This document shows positions 1 through 13,329 of a stretch of DNA of 64,000 bases, piece by piece (position 1 is the stretch's first letter; every line of letters begins with the position of its first letter). The notes beneath the pieces were generated by a model. The model did not search any database and was not told the origin of the DNA. It saw only the letters and a program-made list of their open reading frames with translations. The position numbers and the translations under genes are program-made. Origin of the DNA: Diplonema japonicum (taxonomy: Eukaryota; Protista; Euglenozoa: Diplonemea). The stretch covers positions 124,001 to 188,000 of the forward strand of contig OZ025713.1 of the NCBI GenBank assembly GCA_964019335.1, given 5' to 3'.

Positions 1-249
1 CTTCCCGGGCCAGATCACCTTGGGGGTGATGACCTTGCTGTCGACTGAGGTGGGGCTGCCAGCGGTGGACACATCGATGATCTCCAGCCCGTCCTCTTCC
101 GTGTGCGAGACGTACAGGAAGTCCCCGTTCTTCGTGACATACTTCGCCCTCGGTCTCAGCATCGCGTTCGAGGTCCCGATGATCTTCGCGCTCTGCACCT
201 GCGCTGTGCACAGCAGCAGCAGAGTTGGGATTGCATGTTTTATAATCAT
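1..249 (-). CDS. N-terminus of an LVIVD-propeller surface protein paralogue (partial, runs off the window)
   Basis: ATG at 249 gives MIIKHAIPTLLLLCTAQVQSAKIIGTSNAMLRPRAKYVTKNGDFLYVSHTEEDGLEIIDVS..., open to base 1. It aligns to the N-termini of the genes starting at 12884 and 23347. Not in the ORF track. Confidence 0.85.
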   Translation of the reverse strand, partial: MIIKHAIPTLLLLCTAQVQSAKIIGTSNAMLRPRAKYVTKNGDFLYVSHTEEDGLEIIDVSTAGSPTSVDSKVITPKVIWPGK

Positions 250-477
250 GTAATTAATTTAAAAAAAAAAAACCTTTTTTTTATTTTCTTTTTTTTTTTT
301 TTTTATGTGTGGATAAAAAAGAAGAAGAAAAAAGAAAAAAAAAAAAAAAAAAAAAACAAAGAAGTTCACTAAAGGTGAGGATCGAGGAACAACGACCAAA
401 GAGCGGGGAAAGAAAAGCATGAAGGCAGCCAAGCAGGCCGGTCGATGCAACAACTCACGCAATATTCTGTGTGCACT

Positions 478-602
478 CTGCTGTTTTTGCGTCACGTCAC
501 TGTCGCTGAGAACCTTCTTCACATCAGCTCTTCCTTACGTGATGAGGATGTGTAATGCGTCGGTGTGTTTGTTAGTCGATTTGCAATACGGGGTAAATAC
601 CT
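478..602 (-). pseudogene. Relic of the 3' end of an ART-ankyrin gene
   Basis: DNA matches 32456-32580 (last ankyrin repeat and the KKxLSDxDVTQ terminus) with substitutions, a stop and indels. Confidence 0.75.
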
Positions 603-1342
603 TTCACATAACTGAACGTAAGAACGTAACCATTCACATTTAAGGGGGGGGGGGGGGAGGGGGCTGCTAAAATGCACTCCCTGCAGGCGTCTACGAAGGA
701 GCTCGATGGTCCACAGGCTTGTCCACAAGACTTGGCAACGGCGACAGGTCGGATGAGAGCTTTTGATTGTTGCGCCTGCCCTCCGCACTGGCACCTTCTA
801 TGCATTGCAATAATACAATTTAAAAAAGTGGTGTAAAAAAAGAAGCAGGAAAGGTAAATGTGAATTAAGTTGAGGGTTTTCTTTTTCTTTTTCTTCTTTT
901 TTTTTTTTTTTTTTTTAACCAGCGCTGGGAGCATTTGGGACACTGTAAAGTGTAAGAAAAGTTGTGATTAAATAAAATATATATTCCGGATTAAAATATC
1001 CACACTTTCTTTTGGCAGTTTTGGCAGAATTTTCTTTTTTTCACTCATAAAACTTAAAAATTGAAAAGTTTGCTTTTCTAAGGGGTTCTTCACGGCTAAA
1101 ATAGGCCAAAATGGCACTATTTCTCCCCACCCCAAAAGCTTCACAGATTTTTCTATCTGCGTCCATTCCTCCGGAAAAACGAAAACGAAAAAAAAATATA
1201 TATGAGTTAAAGGAGGCCGGTGTTGGCGGCGCCCTGCAAGTACTGTCTACTTGATTACAAAAAAAAAAAAAAAAAAATCATTTTAAAAAACATGTTTTTG
1301 CACGTGCGTTTTAAAAATAAAACAAACAGTGAGCATTTTGAC

Positions 1343-4231
1343 CTATGCTACACCTGGGACTCTACACCCTGCTGCGATAAGGGTTTGTAATGCGTCGGCG
1401 TGCTTGTTTTCAATCGCTTTGCAACACGGGGTAATACCGTCGTTGTTGGCCTTCTTCACATCGGCTTTTCCTTCCGTGATGAGGATTCGCAATGCGTCGG
1501 TTTTTCCGTTTTCGGCAGCTATGTAACACGGGGTACAACCGTCATTGTTGGCCTTGTTCACATCAGCCTTTCCTTCCCTGATGAGAATGCGTAATGCGTC
1601 AATGTGACTATCAATGGCCATGATACACGGGGTAATACCGTGGATATCGGCCATGTTCACATCTGCCTTTCCTTCAGTAATGAGGATGCGTAATGCGTCG
1701 CTGTGCCCACCTTGAGCCGCCTTGTAACACGGGGTCATACCATTTCTGTCGGTCTTGTTCACATCAGCTTTTCCTTCCGTGATGAGGATGCGTAATGCAT
1801 CGGCATGTCCATTTTCAGCCGCTATGGAACACGGGGTGGACCCGTCGTCGTAGGCCTTGTTAACATCAGCCTTTCCTTCCGTGATAAGGATGCGTAATGA
1901 GTCAGCGTGACCAATACCAGCCGCCGTGATACACGGTGTCTCACCTTTAATCTCTGCCTTGTTCACATCTGCCTTACCTTCCGTGATGAGGATGCGTAAT
2001 GCATCGGCGTTACATTTTAGAGCCGCCATGATACACGGGGTAATACCATTGTCTTCGGCCTTGTTAACATCAGCCTTTCCTTCAGTGATGAGGATGCGTA
2101 ATGCATCAGCGTGACCATTTCCAGCCGCCATGATACACGGGGTAATACCATTGTCTTCGGCCTTGTTCACATCTGCTTTTCCTTCAGTGATGAGGATGCT
2201 CAATGAGTCGGTGTGGCCGTTTTGAGCCGCCATGAAACACGGGGTAGTACCATTGTTATCGGCCCTGTTCACATCAACCTTTCCCTCCATGATGAGGATG
2301 CGCAATGCGTCCACGCAGTCGTGTTCAGCGGCGACAGAGCACGCAGTCCTGCCAGACGCATCCACCGTATCCGCCGCCAGACTCCCAGAGAGGAGGACAT
2401 CCTTCAGAAGGTCAGAACGATTCCTTGCTGCCGCCGCATGAAGCACTGTCCACCCTTCACGCGGTCCCTCTTCCTCGTTCGTTCCCCAGAACCTGTCGCC
2501 GAGCACCTGAACCACCTTGTCGAACACAGCCCGCTTGCAAGAACACGCAAGAAGCCCGACACCTGCTGTGTGAAGCTCCTTTGGTACCCCAGCGAGGTCC
2601 GCTCCCTTGCTCAGCAGAACTGCCGCACTGTTCTCGTGGCTCCCGTCCTTGTTCATCCGCAACACTGCTGCGAGAGAAGAGTTCAGAGCCTCAGAGTGAG
2701 CGGCGGGTGACAGGTTGGCACAGCACAGCGACACCACCTGCTCGTTGTGCTCCAACTCTGCCGCCGCCTGAAGAACTGTCTTGCCGACTTCCACAACAGG
2801 CATCTCCGTGCTGAGCGGGTAGACCACCCACCTTCCTTCACGTGTCACCGGATGGAGTTCAAGGCTGCCAACTACCGTGAGCTTCGTCTTGATCGTATCG
2901 ATGAGCTTCGCGTTGCGGACACGCTCCACCTGTGTCATGACATCATCAAGCCTGCCCCAGTGATCGAAGTCGATTTCCTGCAGCTCCACCACCACCACGC
3001 GACGCATGCTTGTGTCGAGAGCCACCTCCAGCAGACGCATCACACCGATGTCAGGGCGCCCCACCACCCGGAACTGGGTGTTCGCTGAGATCAGAACCTC
3101 CTTCTCCTCGGGGAAGCGGCTGAACCGAGCGATGCTCCGCCCAGTCTTAACACGCAGAATGAGGATCGTCCCCTGAACTTCTTCGTTGTTGTCTCCACCG
3201 CCGCCGCCGCCGCCGCCGCCGCTACCCTTCCCAAGGAAGTCCTTCACCACCTCAGGGTTCTCACTTGCACTCGTGGGGTGAGGCATCGTCACCACCGCCC
3301 CCACAGAGTACAGCGACTCACTCACCCGGAAGTCCATTGCACGGAACACGGTCCCCTCGTACTTCGGCTGCGACACCATTGCTCGGTGCAGGGAATAGGC
3401 GAAGTCCTTCATCGGCTCGTAGCGCTCCCGCTCCCCACGGAACGCCACCTCACGCATCGCCGCGTTCACCTCGTAGCACAAGGGGCTCTCCAGAGTGTAC
3501 AGCCGAAGGTACGGCTCCGACTTCCCCTCCACCTGCTGCACCGCCCACTTCGCAGTCATCGCCTGGAACACCCCACCAGCTGCTCGCTGTCCAGCTTCCC
3601 ACACTTCGCAAGGTGCCGCTCCTTGTTCCCCGCATTCAGCGCAGTCCCACACGTAGCACACGTCACATACCCAGAGCACTCCCTCCCCATCGCAGCCTCC
3701 ACCGTCGCCAGCATCTGTCTTGCACACGACCCACCTTTGAAGAACTCGCTCCACCCTCGGTCCACGTCGATCTCACCGACCCCATCGCTGTACCGGCTCA
3801 CCACTCCCTTGCTCGCTGCAACCACCCCTCCTCCTCCAGCCACCTTTTTTATTTTTATTTTTTTTACATTACCTTGAACGCTTTCGCCGCCTTCTGAGGC
3901 TCTTTACGCGCCTCCGACACCAGTGATGACACGCAGTCCCCCACACCGCGCTCCTTGTTGCGCTTCAGGAACTTCTGCATCACAGCAATCACGTTGTGGC
4001 ACAGTGCGTCGTGCCACTTCCCAAGCGCCGTGTCCAGCTCCACCTCCAGCTCCCTTCTTCCTGTCTCCACTATTGGTGTGGTGGTGGTGGTGGTACCCCC
4101 AAGCTGCTCGCCAACTGTCCACGCAGCTGCTCCACCGCTTCCCACGCTGTTTTTACAGCTCCCTCTCCTGCTGGAGGAGGCGACGTCAGGGCCTTCGCAG
4201 CCTGCACACCAGATCCCGCTGTCGTTGCCAT
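1343..4231 (-). pseudogene. ADP-ribosyltransferase-ankyrin gene, copy 1; 5' part frameshifted, ART and ankyrin part open
   Basis: Paralogue of 32443-35812, with ATG at 4231 and an intron at 3844-3872. Relative to copy 2 it lacks one G in a G-run near 4098 and 7 nt near 3590. Downstream, ART motifs VFRAM, PTSAS and PEEKEVL and 9 TPC-type 34-aa ankyrin repeats are uninterrupted. Confidence 0.8.
3844..3872 (-). other. 29-nt A-rich GT-AG intron
   Basis: TTCAAG|GTAATG...(A-rich)...AAAAAG|GTGGCT joins KAFK to VAGGGG. Same position as the intron in copy 2. Confidence 0.8.
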
Positions 4232-5279
4232 GATTCTTTCTTTTCTTTCTTTTTTTATAATTGCAGGTAATCTGTGTGGATGTATGTTGTGAACATGTGA
4301 ACAAACAAACAAACTGGAGAAATAAAATGCATAAAATGAAAGTTAAAGGAAGTCTGTTAATAAAATGCTGGGCAGGAGGAGAAGGAGGACGGAGAGAGGA
4401 GGAGGATAATTCTTGTTGAAAAGCAGGACAGGCCACCACCCAGCCTCATTCGCTTTCTTTTTGCGCCACGTAATCACTTGCATTTGAAACCACAGCACCA
4501 CGGGTCCCTCAGGAACCCCCCCTAATGTTGGCTGCTCAAGCCCTGGGCCCTTGCGAGCCCAGGGGGGTGGATTGACCACCCTGGGGCCCCCTCACATCTC
4601 GTTGGACAGGGCCCTTCCCGACCTTGGCGGCGCGTTGGCCGACTGGGTCTCGTGGGAAGGTACCCTTTTTCTGGCGACCTTTTCCCCGCCCTCTACCCGG
4701 ACATCGGGGTTGGAGGTTTCTGGGGTACTGACCTCTGGGGTACTGACCTCCGGAGAGAGGTGCCCCCCGCCTTCAGCCCCCAGCACGGGAGACTGTCCGT
4801 GCTTTCGACTTTGCAGGAAAACGAACAACGTCCCCACCATGTACACAGCCATCGAAGAGCCTCCTCTCCCTGCTCCTGCAACGGAGACAGACGCGGACAA
4901 GCTGAAGGTTATGTTTGGCGAAGCAGGTGGACGTTTCGGGAAGCTACAAGCAAAGCTCCGCCCGAAGAAACAGAAGACCACTATTGGGATGTTATCATTA
5001 GTAAGGGCGATGCGCAGGAGTGTGGGATAACTCCGGGAGACACAGGTACGGGTCCCCCCTCCCCCCCCTGTCAAGAAGCACCCTTGCCATGTGTAGGTCA
5101 TTGCGATAGACTGCGGCGGGCAGTGGTGTCTCGCTGGCCACACGAGAACTTACCCTAGAGACTTTAAACAATCTGACTTTTCTGGCGGCTCGATCAAGGC
5201 AGGAGCTGCTTAAGTTGTACTTTCAAGCGGTCCCCACCCCTATGGCCTGCCCTCACTGAGAGTAACTTCATGTCCTCCT

Positions 5280-5480
5280 GAACATGTCTTCCCGTTGTAC
5301 CCAAGCTCTTCCAGCCTCACGAGCGCTGCCTCCCGCCTGTCCATTCCCATCACTCATATACCTTTCGGGTGTCATTCAGATCCTCCCTTCGAAGATGTGT
5401 CGTCCTGTCGTCCTGTCGTCCTGTCTCATCTTTTTTCTTTTGCCAAAACCAAATGCGATCCAGGTCGCCCCTGTTTTGGA
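5280..5480 (-). pseudogene. Relic of the 5' part of a Ubl-ankyrin gene
   Basis: 5286-5393 closely matches 58624-58761 (EDLNDTRKVxE...MDRREAAxVRLEExGYNGKT) with an internal deletion. No intact ORF. Confidence 0.75.
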
Positions 5481-6927
5481 GGTCTGTCTGTGCCTGGGTG
5501 ACAGTTGCTCTGCCGCTTGGTAGTGCAACACGCTGATGACAGCCGGCCGAAGTTTGCTTTGTTATTGCCCCTCCACCATGCACCCGTCACCCTGAAATGA
5601 CTCCATCGAAAAAGAACTCTCTACGAAGTGGTTAGCAACGGCCCACCAAAAAAAGAAAGCAGGCGGGTGTGAAGAAGAGTAGAAAAATAACAATGGGAAG
5701 ATCACGATGCCCTGCACTGCCTTGCACATCTCACCACATGCCCGGCGAACATTGCCTTTCCTGAAGGGGAGTGAGGCCTGCTACTGTTCTACTGTGCTGT
5801 ACGCACAGAACGCGTACGCAAGCAAAAATATTTAAATGTGCGAAAGTCGATTCGCTTCACAGCCATGCCTAGGTGTCAGATGTACGGGCTTGCGGGAGGT
5901 GTAGCCAAAAAATAAGTTAGTTAGCCCTGGGGGGTGGGGGGGGGATGAAACGGAGGAGGGTCTTTTCTTTTTGTGATGAACACTTGTTATTTTGTAGTAA
6001 TCAAAAGAATCTTCGGCAGCGATGTGCATACACTTGTAGCGGTGACAAATCATCTTTTAAGGAAAAGAAGGGAAAAAAAAAAGTTTGTAACCGTTACGCA
6101 GAGAAACAATCTCGCCTATTCTTTTTTATTTTTTTATTTCGCTCACTAGGGGCCTCATTGTTTTAACGCTGCTCGCCATTACTTAACTAGGTGTGGTAGT
6201 TAAATAATGGACTCATTGGAAAAAAAAAAAATGTACCCAACCCCTTGAAAAATCTTTTTGGGGGGATATTTTGACTATTTTTAGCCATCTGAGGCCATTC
6301 CGGCCCTTAAAAGTGGAAATAAGTGCTTTACTTCCCCTTAAAAGGCCACGGCGAAATAGGCACCTTAGGGAAATTCAGGACCCATGTGAAGAGAACAGCA
6401 GTGAAGAGTGAGTGACGTCAAGTTACGAAGGGTGAAGTAAAACAATTTTAAATGAGCCATTATTTCGAGAACTCGAGAGTAAATAGTGAATAAAAAAGCT
6501 ATTCTTTCTTTAGAAAAAGGTTTTAGAAACACGTCACGGAAAAAGAGAAACACTGGGTATTCTGGGTATTGGTGGAAGAAATAGATTCTAAGAATTATAA
6601 AGCATCCGCTTCAAAAGTAGAATTCGACCTAAGGAAAGTCAAGTGGGCAGAAGTGAATAACAACGTCCCCCCCTTCGGTATCCACGAAGCTGGACTGTGT
6701 CTTCTTTTTTCTCCTGCGACAGGACCTACGACCCGGGCCACCCCTTCTCTAGGTGTGGGCCCGGATTCGGCCTGAGGGCAAAGATGAAGACGTTTTCATT
6801 TTCTTAAACTATTGCTTGCCATGCTCACAGGCAGGAAAGCCTGGGGTGTTATTGATCAACAAGCATTTTTTTTTCATTTTTCTTATTCGTTCTGACCACA
6901 GACGTTCAGCAATTAAAAAGAAACGAA

Positions 6928-6977
<50 letters not shown>

Positions 6978-7376
6978 GGGGGGATCGATAAAATTTCGAT
7001 GCGTTTGGGTGGGGGGGGGGGGGGGGGGGGATGGGGAGGATTAGTTGCACCTGTATTCATAACAGAAAAACTATTCATCTCGAGTAGAGAAAGAATGGGA
7101 AAGAAATGCGAACTTCCTTTTACCTCGCATTGTGTGTTCGTCCGTCTTTTTTCGACAAAAAGAAAAAAGAAGAAAAAGAGAAGAGTTTTTTAAGATGGAC
7201 GTACATCGAATCTAAAGAAGAAAAAAAGAAAACATATGGGAAAACTTGTTTGTTTTCTTTTCTTTTTGGTGGAACAAAAGAAAGAAGAAATGTAGAAAGT
7301 AAATCGTTACGCTACAAAAAAAAGAGGAAGAAAGAAAAAAACATAAGCTTTTTTCTTCTTTTGAAAAATCATAATA

Positions 7377-7731
7377 CCCAGGGTTAACCGTATCACCAAC
7401 CTGGCTGTTCATTGCAATCGGAAAAACCTTTTAAAATTGACGTCAATATTGGGAGGGAGAGCATGCAACCACAAAAGCTGACTCCTTCTCCCCACAAGAT
7501 CGAAAACCCCATTCCTCCCTGTTGTTGGCTCAGCCGGCTTATAACTGAGGAGTAAAATCAAAACGCAGCGAGGTAGGCCAAGAGAAGCCCCTATGACAAA
7601 CAGGTGGATCGACTCTGTAGGTGCCGCAAATAAGGCTCTGTTTTTGGCCCACCCCTGGCCTTGGTATTCTTAAGATGGAAAAATCTAAAAGTTCCTGCTG
7701 GTTTCGCCCGACGGTGATCTGTTAACCCTGG
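7377..7731. mobile_element. MITE-like element with about 20-bp imperfect TIRs, flanked by TA
   Basis: TA-CCCAGGGTTAACCGTATCACC ... GGTGATCTGTTAACCCTGG-TA. Confidence 0.6.
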
Positions 7732-7836
7732 TATACCCATGATATTAACCATTGCAACTGAAGATAAAAAGACAAAAAAGAAAAAAAGAACAAGAAAAAG
7801 TGTTAAACTACACTTTTTCTTTTTTCATCCCCACCC

Positions 7837-10800
7837 TCAAATCAAAGTCATGTTTCTCTTACCTCTACCAGAAAACGATCTTTTGCTTGGTGCACCTCTG
7901 CTGGTACCTAAAAGTACACTTGACGCACTCCCCAGGTGGGTGTGCCGTAGCGGCGGTGTTCTTGGTGTTTGTGGCAGAGAAGACTTATTCAGAACATGAC
8001 TGTAGTTGCTGTAAGCACTGCCCCCCATGAGGTCTTCTTCAAACTTCTCCAGAGACTCCACATGGACTGGCTGCAGCTCTTCAATGTTAATACTGCCCTT
8101 CAGCTTCAGGGAATCGTCAGGAACATCCTCCTCGATGCTGTTCCCGCAGCACAGGAAGTGCGCCACAAACGACCCCTTCCTCCCCTTCTCGTCCCAGACA
8201 CAGTACTCGTCCACCACGAACACCACCAAGTCGATCACGAACTTCAGGAGGATCACATACACAATGACCATCGAGAGCTGTCCTGCAACACCTGCCGTCC
8301 AGTGGTCAGTGGGGTGGCTGCTTCCCAAGGCAACGGTGATGAGGATCGTCACGACCAGCTCCATCCCCACCACACAGGTGTCCAGGAAGTTCTCGTAAGG
8401 TGCGATGTAAGGACGGAGAAGCAGAACCAGCAGCATCACTCCCAGAATGGTCGCCGTGATCCCCGCCTTCGTCATGCACTGGTCTGAGTTCAGGGGTTCC
8501 CACGCCGACACAATCCCCATCAGGAAGGTGGTGAGGAGTTCCCAGCACAGGTAGTACCTGAAGATCCCAGGGCGGTAGGCATCGTACGATAGCCCGTTCA
8601 GCCCACACCACACACCGTCCCCCTCTTGTTTCTTAGACACCCACTCCTCCTTTCCCCAGAAGGCCCACTGCAGGATCCCCCCTCCCGTGGGAAGATTATC
8701 AACCAGTGCTCTCCTTGGAACTGTCTTTCCTACTCTCCAAGCGTACGTAGCGAACAGCCCAGGGAACACCGCCAGGTCCACAGCAGCCAGAACCTTGAAC
8801 CCCATCGTCGAGTAGAGCAGGGCGGCGAAGCACGACAGCACCGACCCCCCGAACAGGAACTGAATCGGGATGAGCGACCACCCCACACGTGCCCTTGCAA
8901 GGATGTACAGTGTGCTCTCCCCAGGGCGCCGCGAGCGGACGATCGTCACAGCGGTCCCTGCTGCCAGGACAAGTGCGAGTTGGATCGCCAAACTTCCCAC
9001 CAGAGCCCCGTTCACCTCCTTGTTCACTCCAGAGCCAATCGTGAGCCCCAAGGGGTTCAGTGTCCTGTCCAGCTTCGTCGTCCCATCAGAGGGACACAGC
9101 ATCATGCGTTGAACGAGGGATGCCCGCACCAAAGCTGGACCTGCCGATGCAGAGGCCGGTACCACAGAAGCTACAACTGTCACAGAGGCCGTCGCTGCCG
9201 CTGTTGTTCCTTCCAGCTGTTCGTGGTTCGGGAGGATGTTCGGTTCCCCGTTCATCTGCACTGTCACCTTGCACCCCACCCCACACTCACACTCCATCCC
9301 GTCAGCAGCATTCCCACATACAAACGCGCTGCTCGCTCCAAGAAGCTCTTCCCTCAGGAGAACGGCCACCACCTCACCCTTCCCCTCGAACCCTGTGTAG
9401 TTCCCGTCTCGTATCATCAGGTCTACCCCGTCACGACCATTGCTCACCTTCGCCGTTACCGCTTCCTCGTTCTGCTTGCTGGATGCCACGAACCCCACCC
9501 CTGCTGCATCAGGTGCCTTGTCAGTCTCCAGAATCACACACGCCCCCCCACCACAGGTCACAGGGGGTGTTCCCCCAAGCACCCGGCCACCGCGACCACT
9601 GCCACTATTTCCAAAGGTCATGGACCCCCCAGGCCAGATGAGGACCACTAACAAAGGAACCCCGGAACCGTATTCCAAGAGCCGCCCGAGGAGACGGAAG
9701 CGAATGGTCCCTCCGTCCCCTCTGATCACATCCCCAGTGAAGCGCTCCGGATGGATCCTACACTGGAACCTCTTTCCATCAGGTGAGGCTGTGACAGGAG
9801 GGGCCGCTGTGGGAAGTGCTGTGGGAGGGATCGCTGTTGCTGGAGTAGAAGTGGGAGTCTGTGTCGGGGTGAGGGTGGCGGGTGCTGTTGTGGGAGGTGC
9901 ATCGGTGTTGGGGACGAAGGTGGAGGGGGGCACTGTCGGTGGGGAAGACGTCGGGGGCTGTGTGAGGGGCACCAGGGTGGGGGGTGCTGAGGTAGGGGGT
10001 GCCGGTTGAACTGTCATCGGGGCAACGGTATTGGGGGCAGGCGTGCTCGGAGCAGAGGTCTCTGGAAATGGCGTGGGAGGAGAGGCAGTTGCCGGGAACG
10101 GGGTGTCGGGAGCTGTCGTTGGGGCCGCCGTGTCGGGCGCAGGGGTCGGAGGAGCCGCTGTGGTCCCTGGAACCAAGGTGTCGGGGGGATCTGTTGCAGG
10201 TGCTGGTGTGTCAGGTGACGAGGTATCCGGAAGTGGTGTGGCCGGGGAAGCTGTTGCCGGGAACGGGGTGTCGGGAGCTGTCGTTGGGACCGCCGTGTCA
10301 GGCGAGGGGGTCGGAGGAGCCGCTGTGGTCCCCGGAACCAAGGTGTCGGGGGCAAGGGTAGCAGGTGACTGCGTATCAGGGGCCAGCGTTGCAGGAGACG
10401 AAGTAGGCGGGGAAAGAGTTGGGGCGGCCGTAAGGGGTGCCGAGGTAGGTGGGGCTTGTGTCGCAGGTGCTTGAGTGTCAGGTACAGGCGTAAGAGGTGC
10501 AAGTGTGGGAGGGGCCAACGTATCAGGTGCGGGGGTGAGTGGGGCCTGGGTCGGGGGCACAGAAGTAGGCGGTGCTTGAGTGTCGGGTGCTGTTTTTTTT
10601 TTTTCTTCTTCTTTTGCTCAAACAAGAATATAGAATAATATTTGTAAATGAATTTTGTTATTGCTAAAAAGAGTCGAAGCAGCTTTGTTCGGCTAAAGTC
10701 AGCGGCTAAAGACAATCGCTTGCGGGTACTCTCGAAGCGCAACCTTAGTCTTCATCCCCAGTCTTAGGCAATCCGGGTAAAAACAGCAAGAAATACAAAG

Positions 10801-12884
10801 AGGTAAGAAGCGATTAAGTCATGGGCATGTTCCAACGGCTGTTGTGTCACTTGTGTCCAAAAACGATAATTTCAAATTTCTTTTAATACGCACAAACAGT
10901 GCGAACCTGATCTAATAAAAGAAGAAAATGAAACACAAATCACACCTGGAGTATCTGGGACAGCCGTGTCAGGGGCAAGGGTCGCGGGTGCAGGTGTGCT
11001 GGGAGGGAGCGTATCTGGAGCTGGGGTGTCAGGAGCAGATGTTGGGGGAACAGGTGTTGGAGGTGAAACTGTTGCTGGAGCAGAGGTATCGGGAACAGGT
11101 GTGTCAGGGGCTTGAGTTGGAGGTGCAGGGGTCGGCGGGGAGGGAGTTATCGGTGCTGGAGTGTCGGGTGAAGGGGTGTCAGGAGCAAGCGTGTCGGGTG
11201 CTGGTGTCGAAGGAAATGGGGTAGAGGGGGCAAGTGTGGGTGGTACCAGGGTGGGCGGAACAGGTGTGAGGGGTGCCGGTGTGTCAGGTGCAGGGGTCAG
11301 GGGTGCTGAGGTGGGAGGTGAATCAGTCGGAGGAACTGGAGTGGGGGGTGATGGGGTAGGGGGAGCGGGTGTTGCTGGAGCAGGAGTATCGGGTGCTGGC
11401 GTGATAGGAGCTGGTGTATCCGGTGCTGGAGTGGGTGGCACAGGGGTTGCTGGGGCAGGAGTGGGGGGTGCTGGTGTCGGTGGTGAATCAGTCGGAGGAA
11501 CTGGAGTGGGGGGTGATGGGGTAGGGGGAGCGGGTGTAGCTGGTGCAGGAGTGGGGGGTGCTGGCGTGACAGGAGCTGGTGTATCAGGTGCTGGAGTGGG
11601 TGGCACAGGGGTTGCTGGAGCAGGAGTGGGGGGGACAGGTGTGGGGGGTGCTGGTGTCGGTGGTGAATCAGTAGGAGGAACTGGGGTGGGGGGTGCAGGA
11701 GTGGGTGGTGCTGGTGTGGGAGGAGCCGGTGTCGGGGGTACAGGAGTAGCAGGTGATGGGGTAGGAGGAACGGGAGTATCGGGTGCTGGAGTGGGTGGCA
11801 CAGGGGTTGCTGGAGATACTGTCGGTGGTGCTTGAGTGGGAGGGACGAGTGTATCGGGTGCAACTGTCGGGACAGCTGTAGGTCCAGCTGCGTTGATGTC
11901 AATGACATGCACACCATGTTCGAAAGCGGCTACAAAAATATAAGGATCTGTGAAGACAAGCCCCCTCGGCCTGCCAGGTGTCTGGATCAGCTCTGTGAAT
12001 GAGGGCATCGCCTTGTCCGTCACGTCCACAACAGCCACCCCACCCGTACCTACAACCGCACCTTCGCAGGCCACATACAAGGTGTTGGAGCTCCACACGA
12101 CGTCGTTGCAGTTCAAAGAGAGATCCAGTTCTGCGAGGATGGTGGGTGCCATTGTGTTGGTGGCATCAAGGATGTGAATCCCTCCTGTCCAGGGCCCCTT
12201 TGTGGAAGATGCCACATAGACGAACTCGTTCACGTTGTAGACACCCTCGCCTGTGCCGAGGATGTTGGTGGTGCTGAGGATGTCCATGGTGGTGAAAGCG
12301 TTCGAGATGTCAGCAATGTGGACCTTTCCAGACTCGGTACCGTAGGCAAGGTCCAGGTTGGTGTTGATGGTGAAGCCACGGGCTTTGAAGCTGAGCTTGC
12401 TAATCTCTAACTGGTAGGAAGAGACCTGAATGCTCGACATCCCTGTGCTCCCATCACTCGCCACGAAGAGGGTATCGTCCATCTCGTCCAAGTAGCTGTA
12501 CCTCTGGCTGTACCTCACGACACTGGCTGTCTCCATCATAGGGACCGTGGAAATGTCGTATTGCTTGATCTTCCCTGACCCCGCGTACGGGACGTGCATT
12601 GTTGTCCTTGCGGCGTTGACCGATATCCTCCCAGGCCCGTCAAGGGTGCCCTGTGTGTCCAGGCTGTCTAGCACCGTCAAGGCAGGCAGTGCTGACACAT
12701 CAATGATCTCCAGCTCGTCTTCTTCTGTGTGCGCGACATATAAGAAGTCCCCGTTCTTCGTGATGTAATGCGCTCTTGGCCGCGCCATCGTGTTGGTGGT
12801 GGCGATGATGCTTGCCCCGTGCACTGTCACCTCTGCCGCCCACAGCAGCATCAGCAGTGCTGAGACCACGTGCTTCACAGTCAT
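7837..12884 (-). CDS. Surface protein 1 (signal peptide, LVIVD-type propeller, Pro/Thr stalk, multi-TM anchor); join(10946..12884,7837..10589), 1563 aa
   Basis: The 670-aa and 907-aa ORFs join in frame across a GT-AG intron (CCAG|GTGTGA...AAACAG|CACCC, giving DTP-A-PDTQ). Repeats such as LYVA..LEIIDVS, GIHILDA and GVAVVDV; colinear with 17846-23347. Confidence 0.85.
10590..10945 (-). other. 356-nt GT-AG intron within the stalk-coding region
   Basis: AT-rich insert with GT...AG ends whose removal restores the reading frame. A-run before the AG. Confidence 0.75.
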
Positions 12885-13329
12885 GAAATAAGTGTTTCTG
12901 GTGTCAAGGTTTTTCTTTTTCTTTTTTATTTTATTTTATTTTTTATACAAGTAAATATAAAGCACTAAATACACCCTCTCTGCTTTTGTTTTTCCTGCTC
13001 AAAAAAGGAAATGTACTACGCTAAGGAAAGAAGGAGAACTGGCCGTCGGGGTTAATGCCCTTCAGTCACGGATGGCATCTGCGGTAAGAACATCGGCTGC
13101 AGTCCCTCCAATTTAAAAAGAAAAGAAGGCTGTTCTTGTGTACGGGGAAGAAGGAGAGAAGAAAAGAAGAAGAAGAAAAAAAAAAGAGGCTAGAAAGCAC
13201 ATAAAAATATACGTATCATCTAGTTAGGTAAGTAAGATAATCTTCTCATTTACCCTTTTTTGCTAGAACAAAAAAAAAAAAAAACGGGAAAAGAACTTTT
13301 TTTTTTAAATGTCAAGATGGCGTTTTTAA

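Noticed and set aside
4480-5230. GC-rich stretch with overlapping 160-180 aa ORFs and a 15-bp tandem duplication
   Set aside because: No recognisable domain or termini. Probably decayed mobile DNA, but unsupported.
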